A stretch of 64,000 nucleotides of DNA, from positions 1,472,001-1,536,000 of the forward strand of contig CBDATQ010000002.1 in assembly GCA_965199955.1 (NCBI GenBank). The letters run 5' to 3'. Source of the DNA: Spirochaetia bacterium. Its GTDB lineage: Bacteria; Spirochaetota; Spirochaetia; SZUA-6; Bin103. Within the stretch, counting starts at the first letter, position 1; every line of letters starts with the position of its first letter. Positions 38,602 to 48,415 of the stretch are shown here, piece by piece. A program made the translations under genes and the position numbers. The notes under the pieces were generated by a model. That model was not told the origin of the DNA. It searched no databases and saw only the letters and a list, made by a program, of their open reading frames with translations.

Positions 38602-39777
38602 TCAGGGTGACGTGAGCGGTTCGGACCCCGGCGCCGAAGCGCCGAGAGGCGCGGCGTGGTCGAGCACGTATGCCATCAACGACGGGATGCCGGCGAACCA
38701 CACGACCGGGGGGAGCTGGCCGGGCGGGCTCCAGATGTATCCTAGCCGGTTCAACGCCTCGCGGGCCTCGATCCGCGTGACGGCGTCCGCGCCGGTCGTC
38801 GCGAGGGCAGTGTCGATGGCATGGTCGGAAGCGGTGGCTGCGGCGCCGGCCTGGAATAGCGCCGCCGTGGCCACCGCCGCAGGCAGCCGTCCGCCGGCCT
38901 CCAACTCCCGGTACCGATCCAGGTAGTAGTCGGTTACCCGCGCGATCACGCCAGGGCGCACGGCGTCCGCGTGAGCGGCGGTCAGCCGGGTCACGCCCGT
39001 GGCCAGTTGTTGTTCCCACAAGGCTTCTCCCCAGAGCTGGATGAAGTACGGGTAGCGCTGGCTCTCCTCCACGACCGCGGTAAGGGTGTCAGCGTCGATG
39101 CCCACCCCATGAGCCTCCAGCGGCTCGACCAGTGCGGCGTGGGCGGCTGCGTCACTGAGCAGGGCGATGCCCAGGCGTCCCTTGCCCAAACGGCTCCAGA
39201 ACGAGGCGTCCATGGTGCCGAGATGCGCCGTCAGTCCCGGCGTGCCGGCCAGTACCAGCAGCAACGGCGCCTCCGCCCGAACCTCCTGGCTCACGTTCAG
39301 CAGGAGCTGGCCGACGTCGCGCGCGAGCGTGTGCGCTTCGTCGAGCAGGACGACGACCGGCTTTGCCTGGCACCGAGCGATCAACCGGTCCGTCAGGTTC
39401 TGAGGGGACGGGGCGTGCGTCGGCCATTCGGTTTCACCGACGCCCGCAACGCCGACCTTCACCGGTAGCATCTTCCGGATGAGGGACTCAGGCAGCAGAA
39501 GCTCGACCAGCGCCTGCTCGGTCCGTATTCGGCTGGGCGACAGGCGCACGATATCTACGCGTCCGGCCTGCCGACAGGCGCGCTCGAACCATTTGAGCAG
39601 TACGGTCTTGCCGTTGCCGCGCGGCCCCATGAGCGCCACGTTGTGCGGCGGTGCAGCGCCGTTGAGCAGGTCCGCCAGGCACTGCAACAGGATCGCCTCT
39701 TCCCGTTCGCGGCCGGTGAGTGCCGGCGGCGCAGCACCGTCGCCGGGAGCGAACAGCCGCTGCGCCGGTGCCTTCAT
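38602..39777 (-). CDS. AAA-family P-loop ATPase
   Basis: PPALTGRE.E, Walker A GPRGNGKT, Walker B VVLLDEAH, YPYFIQLWG. Start 39777 or 39789. Confidence 0.85.
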   Translation of the reverse strand: MKAPAQRLFAPGDGAAPPALTGREREEAILLQCLADLLNGAAPPHNVALMGPRGNGKTVLLKWFERACRQAGRVDIVRLSPSRIRTEQALVELLLPESLIRKMLPVKVGVAGVGETEWPTHAPSPQNLTDRLIARCQAKPVVVLLDEAHTLARDVGQLLLNVSQEVRAEAPLLLVLAGTPGLTAHLGTMDASFWSRLGKGRLGIALLSDAAAHAALVEPLEAHGVGIDADTLTAVVEESQRYPYFIQLWGEALWEQQLATGVTRLTAAHADAVRPGVIARVTDYYLDRYRELEAGGRLPAAVATAALFQAGAAATASDHAIDTALATTGADAVTRIEAREALNRLGYIWSPPGQLPPVVWFAGIPSLMAYVLDHAAPLGASAPGSEPLTSP

Positions 39778-39866
39778 GGGCCGCAGCATACGATGCGGAC
39801 AGGAGGCACCGTTTTGCCGGGCGAAGACGGCACCGGCAGAATCGGAGCGATCACGGAGGTTTGACC

Positions 39867-41417
39867 ATGCAGGACCGGTATCGATTGGTGGAGGTCGGCA
39901 CGACGACGCAGCTCCTGATCGACGATCACGTCGTGGACGACATCTGGCTGCTGCGCCGGGTTCCGGAGATGCCGGCCAAGCATCCGGACAACCCGCTGGC
40001 GATCGCTCCCAGCCTGTACGACGCCGAGGAGAAGCTGTTCAAGGCGTGGTATCCGGCGGTCCCGGAGGATCCCGAGGACGACCCCGGCAACGAGGCGCTG
40101 TACGCCCGCGCGTACGCCGTGTCCGACGACGGTTTCGACTGGCACAAGCCGGAGCTCGGCATCGTCGAGCACTCGGGATCGAAGCGGAACAACCTGATCG
40201 ACGTCTCGGCGATGCACGGCGAGTTCGGGGTGGCGATGAAGGACTCCCACGATCCCGATCCCGGCAAGCGGTACAAGGGGACGATCAAGCGCTGGTACCA
40301 CCACGTCGACCCCGACCGGCGCGGCGGCGGCCGGCTGTTCGCCGCGTACTCGGCCGACGGCATCCGCTGGCACATGTACCCGGACGAGCGCTCCATCATC
40401 CGCGACTCCAACGACGGCAACGGCTGCTTCCTCTACGACGAGCGGATCGGCCGCTACGTGAACTTCCGCCGGCCGACCATCCTGGCCGGCCCGCGCGGCG
40501 AGGTGCCCGGCGACCTGGGCTTTCCGGAGGTCGAGGGCGACGAGCGGGGTCTGTACCGGCACCGGGAGGCGGAGGACTACCTGCACCGCTACCTGCGCGC
40601 GCAGCCGTACGTGGACACCCGCGCGGCGATCGGCGCCACCGACCACGCGCACGAAGGGATGGGCTGCAACCGCAGGATCGCCCGGGCGGAGAGCGACGAC
40701 TTCGTGAACTGGACCGACCCGGAGGTGATCATCCGCCCCGACGAGCTGGACCCGCCGCGCCTCTACGGCATCGACGTAACCGTCTGTGACGGCGTGTACA
40801 TCGGACTGCTGCAGGTCTTCAACAAGTGGGGCCTGAAGGGGTACCTGGGCGACCCTTCGCAGGCGGACACGATGGACGTCCAGTTGACCTTCAGCCGGGA
40901 CGGGTTCCGCTGGGAACGGCTGGCCAACCGGCCGGTGTTCATCCCGCGCGGGGTGATCGGCAGTTGGGACGGCGGCATGATCGCCGGCTCGCGGATGATC
41001 GAGCACGGCGACGAGCTGCGCTTCTATTACGCCGGACACTCGGGTTCGCACAACGTTCCGGGGCGGACGAGTGGGACCGGCCTGGCCACGCTGCCGAAAG
41101 GGCGGTTCGTTGCGCGCGCCGCCTCCGACGAGCTGGGCGTGCTGATCACCAAGCCGTTCCGGCTGGAGGGCGACCGCCTGCAGATCAACGCGGACGCCTC
41201 GCGCGGGCGGATCAAGATCGAGGTCGCCGACCCGATCGGCACGCCTATCCCCGGCCTGACCGTCCGCGACTGCCGGCCGATCGAAGGGGACGGGCTGCGC
41301 CTGGCGGTGACCTGGAACGGCGACGAGGCGTTGCGCAAGCTGGCGGGCCAGGTGGTGCGGCTCCGGTTCTACCTGTACGAGTCGAAGCTCTACTCGTTCA
41401 CCGTCGGCGGGGGCTGA
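39867..41417 (+). CDS. Beta-propeller glycoside hydrolase-like protein; paralog 3
   Basis: GGAGG SD; QLLIDD, YAVSDDGFDWHKPELG, DVQLTFSRDG.RW.R, WDGG, LYSF. Confidence 0.75.
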   Translation: MQDRYRLVEVGTTTQLLIDDHVVDDIWLLRRVPEMPAKHPDNPLAIAPSLYDAEEKLFKAWYPAVPEDPEDDPGNEALYARAYAVSDDGFDWHKPELGIVEHSGSKRNNLIDVSAMHGEFGVAMKDSHDPDPGKRYKGTIKRWYHHVDPDRRGGGRLFAAYSADGIRWHMYPDERSIIRDSNDGNGCFLYDERIGRYVNFRRPTILAGPRGEVPGDLGFPEVEGDERGLYRHREAEDYLHRYLRAQPYVDTRAAIGATDHAHEGMGCNRRIARAESDDFVNWTDPEVIIRPDELDPPRLYGIDVTVCDGVYIGLLQVFNKWGLKGYLGDPSQADTMDVQLTFSRDGFRWERLANRPVFIPRGVIGSWDGGMIAGSRMIEHGDELRFYYAGHSGSHNVPGRTSGTGLATLPKGRFVARAASDELGVLITKPFRLEGDRLQINADASRGRIKIEVADPIGTPIPGLTVRDCRPIEGDGLRLAVTWNGDEALRKLAGQVVRLRFYLYESKLYSFTVGGG

Positions 41418-41590
41418 CGGATCGAGCCGGAGCGGCTTCGCCTCGATGCGCCTGCTCACCGATCGCCCGACGTTCCGCAACAGCGTGGTGTTGCGGGCCT
41501 CGAATCCCTCCCGATCGCCGCCACGCCGCCCTGACGTCCGTCCGATTGTGAGCTGACCCGCTGTACGATATCGTCGGCCGTCAGAGATCT

Positions 41591-42487
41591 GTGGACGCCG
41601 ACTTCAGGTCAGCCGCTCTTTCATGGCTTGCCGAGCAGGCCGCCCTGCATGGGTACGTCATCCCCAGGGGGACTCTCCAAGCCGGTTTCGAGCATCGCGG
41701 TGAACGGATCACGTTCATGGGGCCGCCCGGCATCTGGAAGCCGCGTGTGCTGGATCTTCCCCTCTCCATCACATCGGTGCCCTCCGGCCCCTACGACGAC
41801 TCGTTTACCGAGGAAGGATTTCTCGCGTATCGCTACCGTGGCGCGGACCCCCAACACCGGGACAACGTCGGCCTGCGCGAGTTGTGCCGCACCCGTACGC
41901 CACTGATCTACTTTCACGGCGTGGCACGCGGCCGGTACATGCCGGTGTGGCCGGTGTTCATCGTCGAGGATCGTCCACTCGATCTCCTGTGCATGGTGGC
42001 GCTCGAGGCCGCCCACGGTTTGAGCCCGCCGGAAGGACCGTCCGACTTCATAGGATCAGACTCGATCATCGGGATCCGCCGATACATCACGCGCGAGACC
42101 AGGCGCCGCCTCCACCAGACCGCGTTTCGCGAACTCGTGGTCGATGCCTACTCGGGTTGTTGTTCCCTGTGTCGACTTCGCCATCGAAACTTGCTCGACG
42201 CCGCGCACATCGTTCCGGACAGCGAGGACGGCGGTGACCCGATCGTCCAGAATGGACTGTGCCTGTGCAAGATCCACCATGCGGCTTATGACAACGACCT
42301 GCTCGGGATATCACCAGACTACACCGTGCACGTCCGCCCGGATGTCCGTGAGGAGACGGACGGACCGATGCTCCTGCATGGCTTGCAGGAACTGCATGAA
42401 TCGAGGGTTGTCCTGCCCAGCCGACGGGCAGACCGTCCCGATCCCGACCGATTGGCGTGGCGGTACGAGAGGTTTCGGGCGGCGTGA
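41591..42487 (+). CDS. HNH endonuclease with N-terminal SRA/PUA-like domain (putative modification-dependent restriction enzyme)
   Basis: RLHQ..FR..V..AY...C.LC, LDAAHI, NGLCLCKIHH..YD. N-terminal GIWKP...GPYDD...YRYRG...DN.GLR. Confidence 0.85.
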   Translation: MDADFRSAALSWLAEQAALHGYVIPRGTLQAGFEHRGERITFMGPPGIWKPRVLDLPLSITSVPSGPYDDSFTEEGFLAYRYRGADPQHRDNVGLRELCRTRTPLIYFHGVARGRYMPVWPVFIVEDRPLDLLCMVALEAAHGLSPPEGPSDFIGSDSIIGIRRYITRETRRRLHQTAFRELVVDAYSGCCSLCRLRHRNLLDAAHIVPDSEDGGDPIVQNGLCLCKIHHAAYDNDLLGISPDYTVHVRPDVREETDGPMLLHGLQELHESRVVLPSRRADRPDPDRLAWRYERFRAA

Positions 42488-42493
42488 CGACGG

Positions 42494-42847
42494 TCAGGTC
42501 GTGTAGCGCTCGCCGGACTCTGCCACGCCACGCGCGGGAGCGGGCACGGAGGGGGCTGGTTGCGCCCAGGGCTTGATGCGGTCCAGCGCCGGCCCCATCT
42601 CGCGTTCGGCAACCTCGGTGTCGTGCGCAGCCTGCGCCCGAAGCCAATAGCCGCGAGACAGACCGAAGAACCTACAGAGCCGCAGGTCGGTGTCCGCGGT
42701 AATCGCCCTCTTGCCGGCAACGATGGCGCTGATTCGCTGAGCAGGGACATCCACTTCCTTTGCCAGTCGGTACTGGCTCAGGCCCATGGGTATCAGGAAC
42801 TCCTCCAGCAGGATCTCGCTTGGGGTAATCGGATCACACTCCGTCAT
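42494..42847 (-). CDS. higA: HigA-family antitoxin (XRE HTH)
   Basis: TPSEILLEEFLIPMGLSQYRLAK, RISAIV.GKRAITADT.LRL.RFFG.S..YWL..Q..HD. Confidence 0.9.
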   Translation of the reverse strand: MTECDPITPSEILLEEFLIPMGLSQYRLAKEVDVPAQRISAIVAGKRAITADTDLRLCRFFGLSRGYWLRAQAAHDTEVAEREMGPALDRIKPWAQPAPSVPAPARGVAESGERYTT

Positions 42848-42969
42848 GAATGCCCTCACCATGCTTCCAGTGATAGTCGACGATCTCCACGTATCGCGTG
42901 ATTATCGTCAATCGCCGGCTGACCGAATGTGATTGCCGACTGATCAACGGCGACACCGTTCGGAGCTGA

Positions 42970-43584
42970 TCAAGGCCGAGGTGGCCGATCCGGTCGCCGA
43001 GATGGACTGACGGTACGGCGGGACTTCGTCCACCGCCGCGCCCACGCCAGCGCGACGCTCGCACCCACCGCCATCGTGGCCGCGAGCAGGTTGAACAGCA
43101 TATCCACCGGGTCGAAGACGCGGCTCGGCACAAGGATCTGGATGCACTCATCCACCACGCCCAGCGCCGCCGTGGCCAGGACGGCGAGCAGGGGCAGCGC
43201 CGGGACGCGGCGACCCTGTCTGGCGCGCTCGGAGAGCGCTTCGTGGATGAAGACGCCCACCACGCCGTACTCGATGAGGTGTGAGCGCTCCTCCGGGCCG
43301 ACCATCCTGAGGAACACCAGCGCGTAGGCGGCCGTGACGCCCAGGGCGACGGCGATCTGTGCTCCGCCCGGCCGGGCCTTCAGGCCGTGCGTGACGACGG
43401 TCGCCCCCACCAGGAACATGGCGACGAGAAAGGAGACGAGGGGGAAAGAGGCGCCCAGCAGGCCGCTCTCGAGCAATGCCCGGGTCAGCGTCTGCGCGAG
43501 GCCCAGGGTGGAGTAGATCGCGACCACGACGGCCAGCGTCCACAGCCAGAGGCGGCGCTCCCGATCGGAGGCGAAGAGGGCCAA
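42970..43584 (-). CDS. VanZ-like membrane protein
   Basis: Multiple TM helices; HLIEYG, DECIQ..VPSRVFD..DM.FN. Start codon uncertain (TTG 43584). Confidence 0.75.
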   Translation of the reverse strand: MALFASDRERRLWLWTLAVVVAIYSTLGLAQTLTRALLESGLLGASFPLVSFLVAMFLVGATVVTHGLKARPGGAQIAVALGVTAAYALVFLRMVGPEERSHLIEYGVVGVFIHEALSERARQGRRVPALPLLAVLATAALGVVDECIQILVPSRVFDPVDMLFNLLAATMAVGASVALAWARRWTKSRRTVSPSRRPDRPPRP

Positions 43585-43598
43585 TGACAGGTTAGCAG

Positions 43599-45095
43599 CT
43601 AACCGGTGGAATCGAGGAACTGGAAGGCGTAGAGCTTCACGTCGCGCATCAGGAAGCGCAGGCGGACCGGGGTGCCGGCGGCGGCGCCCACGCCGCTTCG
43701 GCCCTGCCAGGTGACCGTCTTGGACACGCCGTTGCCGAGCACGGCGTCCGCGGTGTCCATCTCGAAGCCCGGCAGCGGATGGCCTTCGCGGTCGAGCAGC
43801 TCGACCTTCAGCCAGCCGCCGGCTCCCGCGTCGCAGTTGAGGGTGAGCGTGCGGCCCGAAGAGCGCACCAGGGGGGTGGTCAGCTCGCCGCCGCCGTACT
43901 CGGCGTCGGCGGAGATGAACCCGTCGCGCCGCAGCGAGGCGCGGAAGATGCCCGAGTGCTTGCCCAGCTTCCGTTCGTCCTCGCTCTCCACCGGGCCGCC
44001 GTGCAGCCGCTTCGTGCCCGCGTAGTACACCCAGAGCTCGTCCCCCACCGGGACCAGTCACGGGTTGGCGTACAGCATGCCGCTGGTGTTGGTGCCGTCC
44101 AGCCCGCGGTGCAGAAACGGCTTGCGGCCGCCCGCGCGGCTCCAGCGGACCCCGTCCCTGCTGGTCAGGAGCTGCACGTCCATGGTCGCGGGAAAGTCGT
44201 TGTCGCCCCAGTGGTAGAAGGCCGACGGCAGCATCAGATAGACGTCCTCGGCCCACGGGTACTTCATGGCGCAGTTGGTGTAGAAGTCGATGTTCGGGCG
44301 CGGATCGTCGCGCTGCCACGGCACGGGGATGCCCAGGTCCTGCGCGTCCGCCTCGAAGACGACCTCCAGCGGCGACCACTCGCGGAAGTCCGGGGAGGTG
44401 ATGCGGCCGACGCACCGGTAGCTGCCGCGGCCGGCCGCCTCGGCGGCCTCATCCACGATCTGGGTATCCCGGACGCGGATGTAGCCGACGTAGAGCCCCA
44501 GCCGGTCGTCCCAGAACAGCATGTTCTGCACGTCGCACATGGCGTCGCGGGGGTTCGGCTGGCCGGGATAGGTCTCCCAGTGGATGCCGTCCGGCGAGTG
44601 CATGGCCCACAGCCCCTGCAGGGAGCCTGCCTCCACCTCTTCGTCGGTGGGGCGGAACTTGGTCCAGAGCTTGTAGCGCTCCTCCGCGGGTGCACGGTCG
44701 TCGCGGAACACGGTGGCGCCCTGCATGCTCTGCCGTTCGACGTGGGGCGCGACGATGTTGTTGCGCGTCGATCCGCGGAAGGAGATCAGGCCGAGCTCCG
44801 GCTTGGTCCAGTGGATGCCGTCGTCCGACTCGGCATAGGCGAGGCGCCGGGCGCCCTCGGAGGGCAGGCCGGCCTTCATCCAGGCGTCGTACCACATGCG
44901 GAAGGCGCCGTCGGGCTCGCGCCACACGGTGTTGTAGGCGCCGATGCCCAGCTCCTCCCAGGGGCGGTCTGCGACCACCACCGGCTCCGGGTGCTGGACC
45001 GGCGGGTTCATGGTCAGCGTCACGCCCTCGCTCGACTCGATGAACCGCCCGTCGATGAAGAGTTGCCGCCGCGTACCGATGTCCAACGCGTTCAT
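43599..45095 (-). pseudogene. Beta-propeller glycoside hydrolase-like protein, paralog 4, interrupted by one in-frame TGA
   Basis: MNALDIGTRRQLFID start at 45095; ...MLYANP*LVPVGDELWVYY with TGA at 44058-44060, same frame continuing to LYAFQF. Confidence 0.8.
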
Positions 45096-46732
45096 GAGCA
45101 GACCACCATCGCTTCGACACCATGCAGCACCGGCCACGGTTTCGGCGTCGCAGCGCCGTTCAGGATCAGGAGCACGGCGTTGCTGCCCGTTCGCAGGCCG
45201 GGATCGTCGAATACCAGCCACTCGTCGCCGGCACTGTTGGCGATGGTGCGGTTCGGCTCGAAGGCGAGGTGCTGGCCGTTGACCGCCAGGTGGAGGCGCT
45301 CCTTCGACTGCTCGTAGTCCGTGAGGCGCAGGCGCAGCTCCGTCCGCTTGATGCGGCCGTCGGCGCGCCCCGCGTCGAGGTCGTCGACGATCGTCACGTG
45401 CAGGGCGTGGCCGTCGCCTGCGCCGCGCCCGCGCAGCGCCAGCCTGCGCGGCAGCACCGGCCGGTGGTCGCCCCAGCCGGACGGCGTCGCCGGGCCTCCC
45501 AGGTAGTAACAGCGGTCGAGCCGTGCCAGCGCCTCCGGCTCGCGCAGGTCGCGGATCGTCTGCAGGTGGTCGTCCGTCAGGTCGTGATAGTCGCCCGGGA
45601 CCGGGCCGGCCCGGTGGGTCCCGTAGTCGTAGTTGAACAGCGCGATGCCGGCGGCTCCGTCGCGGTAGCCGTTCAGACCCGCGCCGCGCAGCACCGCCGG
45701 AGCATTGCGCTCGTAGCCCTCCTGCGGCGAGACCCCGTAGGTGCTGCCGTCGAAGCCGCGGTAGACCGGCACCGCGCCGCCGGCCGCCTCGACCGCCGCG
45801 GCCACGTCCGCCCGGGTCACGCAGTAGCCGGGCGAGGAGATCACGAACGCGTCGGCCAGCCCTTCGCGGACCCACTCCAGCGTGTCGATGCCGATGGACA
45901 GCGACTCGCCGATGCTGGTCGGGACGCGCACGACGAAGCGCAGGGCGCGCCCGCGCCGCTGCGCATGGCGCCGGACGACCTCGCGTCCCTGGCGCACGAA
46001 GTCGGTCATGACCGGGATGTTCTGCACGACCTGGCCGCCGCGGAAGTAGGGCGGCTGCCGGCAGAAGTCGAACTCCAGACCGTCGAAGTCGTAACGGGTC
46101 AGCGTCTCGTCCGCGATGCCCAGGAACCGTTGCCGCACTTCGTCCTGCGCGTAGTCCCACATCCAACTGAAGGTCCACTCGGCGCCGTGCCTGGCCTCGG
46201 GCATGGCCGAACCGATCAGCAGGTCGGGCCGCTCGATCTTCAGCGTGGAACGCCCGTACCACATGCGGTCCTCGGTATCGGTGTGGGCGTCGTTCATCCG
46301 CATCGACGCGAACACCGGTAGCTCGTGCTCGCGGGCGCCGTCGACGTAGATCTGCATGAGGTCGTGGCCGTCGTCGATCACGGAGGTGATCGTGCTGAAC
46401 AGCTCCTCGTGGGCGTTGGTGGCCTTCCGGTTGGCGGTGGCGCGGCCGTGGATGTGTACGGCGCCGCCGGAAATCGGATTGCCGTGGATGTCGGTCGGCA
46501 CGCCGTCCACGTCCCACTCGGTGACGTTGTCGCACCAGAGCTGGCCGTGCGGGCTGCCTCGCCATGACAGGTCGTCGTCGATGCCGATCAGCACCGACAG
46601 CAGGTCGACGCCGGCGTCGCGGAGCGGGCCGATCATCCGGGTGAGGTCGGACGGGTCGTGCCGCTCCTGGTAATTGTTCACCCAGTTACCGTCCGTATTG
46701 AACATCAGGCGCGGCGGCCAGGATTCAGACAT
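45092..46732 (-). CDS. GHL10/DUF187-like TIM-barrel putative glycoside hydrolase
   Basis: ATG 46732 with AGGAGG SD; RLMFNTDG, SMRMNDAH, WDYAQDEVR, YDFDGLEFDF, LFNYD. ATGA-coupled to propeller paralog 4. Confidence 0.75.
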   Translation of the reverse strand: MSESWPPRLMFNTDGNWVNNYQERHDPSDLTRMIGPLRDAGVDLLSVLIGIDDDLSWRGSPHGQLWCDNVTEWDVDGVPTDIHGNPISGGAVHIHGRATANRKATNAHEELFSTITSVIDDGHDLMQIYVDGAREHELPVFASMRMNDAHTDTEDRMWYGRSTLKIERPDLLIGSAMPEARHGAEWTFSWMWDYAQDEVRQRFLGIADETLTRYDFDGLEFDFCRQPPYFRGGQVVQNIPVMTDFVRQGREVVRRHAQRRGRALRFVVRVPTSIGESLSIGIDTLEWVREGLADAFVISSPGYCVTRADVAAAVEAAGGAVPVYRGFDGSTYGVSPQEGYERNAPAVLRGAGLNGYRDGAAGIALFNYDYGTHRAGPVPGDYHDLTDDHLQTIRDLREPEALARLDRCYYLGGPATPSGWGDHRPVLPRRLALRGRGAGDGHALHVTIVDDLDAGRADGRIKRTELRLRLTDYEQSKERLHLAVNGQHLAFEPNRTIANSAGDEWLVFDDPGLRTGSNAVLLILNGAATPKPWPVLHGVEAMVVCS

Positions 46733-46810
46733 CGCTACCCTCCTGGCCCCGGTGTACCATGATTCCGTTTCACGAATCACCGGCAGGTTCCGTGACCAGG
46801 AGGGAGTACG

Positions 46811-48415
46811 ATGTCGCAGTCCACCGATCCTGACCGACCCCGGCTCCTGTTCAACAGCGACGGCGGCTCAGCCTCGCTCTACGCGTTCGAGCCGCCGATC
46901 ACCCGCGACCAGCTCTGCCGCGTCATCGACTCGCTCGCCGGCACGCAGGTCGACGTGTACATCGGCTGCGTCTCCGAGGGGTCGTTCTTCTGCCACGGCA
47001 CGAAGGTCGGCGAGGTGTACGGCTTCGACACGCCCGACGACGAGTTCGAGAGCCAGAACTTCCGCCGCTGGGCGGACAACGTGCGCGGGCTCATCCAGTC
47101 CGGCAACGACCCCGTAACCGTGTGGGCGGACCGCGCCCACGCCGCCGGCATGAAGTTCTGGCCGAGCATCCGCATGAACGACATCCACAAGGACTGGTCG
47201 GAGCGGTGGCCGTCGCTGCGCACCCGCTGGGAGCTTGCGCGCCCGCACGTGCGGCTGGGCGACGAGGCGCCGGAGCGCTACAAGCGGCGCTACCCGCGGC
47301 CGGGACTGCCGTCGGACGGCTTCAGTTGGGCGTTCGACTTCTCCGTGGACGAGGTGCGCCAGCTCAAGGTCGACGTGATCGAGGAGCTCTGCACCGGCTA
47401 CGACATCGACGGCTTCGAGCTCGACTTCCTCAGTCACCCCATGTACTTCAAGGAGGGCCGCGAGCGCGGAGGCGCCCCGTACCTCACCGAGATGATGCGC
47501 GAGGTGCGCGCGGTCGTGCGGCGGGCCGGCGCCGCCAAGGGTCGGGAGCTGACGCTACTGGCGCGGGTGCTGCCGACCCAGGAGCAGTGCCTGGCGATCG
47601 GCATGGACGTCCGCACCTGGGCGGCCGAGGGGCTGGTGGACGCGCTGGCTCCCGCCGTGCGCGGCTACCTGAACATGACCCCGGACGTGAGCGGCATGGT
47701 GGCGCTCGGCCACGATCATGGGTGCGAGGTGTACGGCGGCACCTCGGACCTGTGGGTCCCGTACTACACTGCCTACCCGGACAGGGACGGCAAGCGCAAC
47801 CCGCGCGCCTCGGTGCCGCTGTTCCGCGCGGCCGCTGCCAGGCTCTGGCACGCCGGCGTCGACGCCATCCACGTGTTCAACTACGACTGCCACTGCACGG
47901 GCATCCAGCACCATTCGGTGGAGGAGCACATCGGCCTGGACGACGTGCCGCTGTTCAATCCCGACGAGTACCGGATCCTCACCGAGATCGGTGACCGCGA
48001 AGGCATCGCGCGCAGGGACAAGCACTACGTGGTCGCGCACGACGTGGACCGAAGGAGCGGCGGAGCCGACGAGCCCCTGCCGGTCGACCTCGCCGAGCCC
48101 GGTCAGGCCGCGGAGATCGACCTTACCGTCGCCGACGACCTGGACGGAGCCAGGAGCGATGGGGCGCTCGCCAGCGTGGTCCTCAGGATCACCCTGGCCG
48201 GCTACCGCGACGGCAGCGACCGGCTGCGGGTGGATCTCGACGGTACGCCACTGCCGTGCGAGGCGAACGGACAGCAACTCAGTTGTGGTGACGTGCCGGC
48301 CGGCCAGGGCAGCAACCGATTGCGGATCAAGCTGGAGGCGCGGGCCGGCAGTGTTGACTCGCCATTGCGGATCGACGGGGTGGAGTTGATCATCACCTAC
48401 CGGGACGGAGCGTAG
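46811..48415 (+). CDS. GHL10/DUF187-like TIM-barrel putative glycoside hydrolase
   Basis: AGGAGG SD; RLLFNSDG, SIRMNDIH, FDFSVDEVR, YDIDGFELDF, VFNYD. Confidence 0.75.
   Translation: MSQSTDPDRPRLLFNSDGGSASLYAFEPPITRDQLCRVIDSLAGTQVDVYIGCVSEGSFFCHGTKVGEVYGFDTPDDEFESQNFRRWADNVRGLIQSGNDPVTVWADRAHAAGMKFWPSIRMNDIHKDWSERWPSLRTRWELARPHVRLGDEAPERYKRRYPRPGLPSDGFSWAFDFSVDEVRQLKVDVIEELCTGYDIDGFELDFLSHPMYFKEGRERGGAPYLTEMMREVRAVVRRAGAAKGRELTLLARVLPTQEQCLAIGMDVRTWAAEGLVDALAPAVRGYLNMTPDVSGMVALGHDHGCEVYGGTSDLWVPYYTAYPDRDGKRNPRASVPLFRAAAARLWHAGVDAIHVFNYDCHCTGIQHHSVEEHIGLDDVPLFNPDEYRILTEIGDREGIARRDKHYVVAHDVDRRSGGADEPLPVDLAEPGQAAEIDLTVADDLDGARSDGALASVVLRITLAGYRDGSDRLRVDLDGTPLPCEANGQQLSCGDVPAGQGSNRLRIKLEARAGSVDSPLRIDGVELIITYRDGA

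Noticed and set aside
42970..43584. VanZ-like gene as glycopeptide resistance
   Set aside because: VanZ-like domains are widespread and no other van genes are present.
43590..43604. Palindrome GGTTAGC-A-GCTAACC at the propeller/VanZ junction, reminiscent of integron core sites
   Set aside because: Does not fit GTTRRRY exactly; no attC-like structure after the VanZ gene and no integrase in the window.
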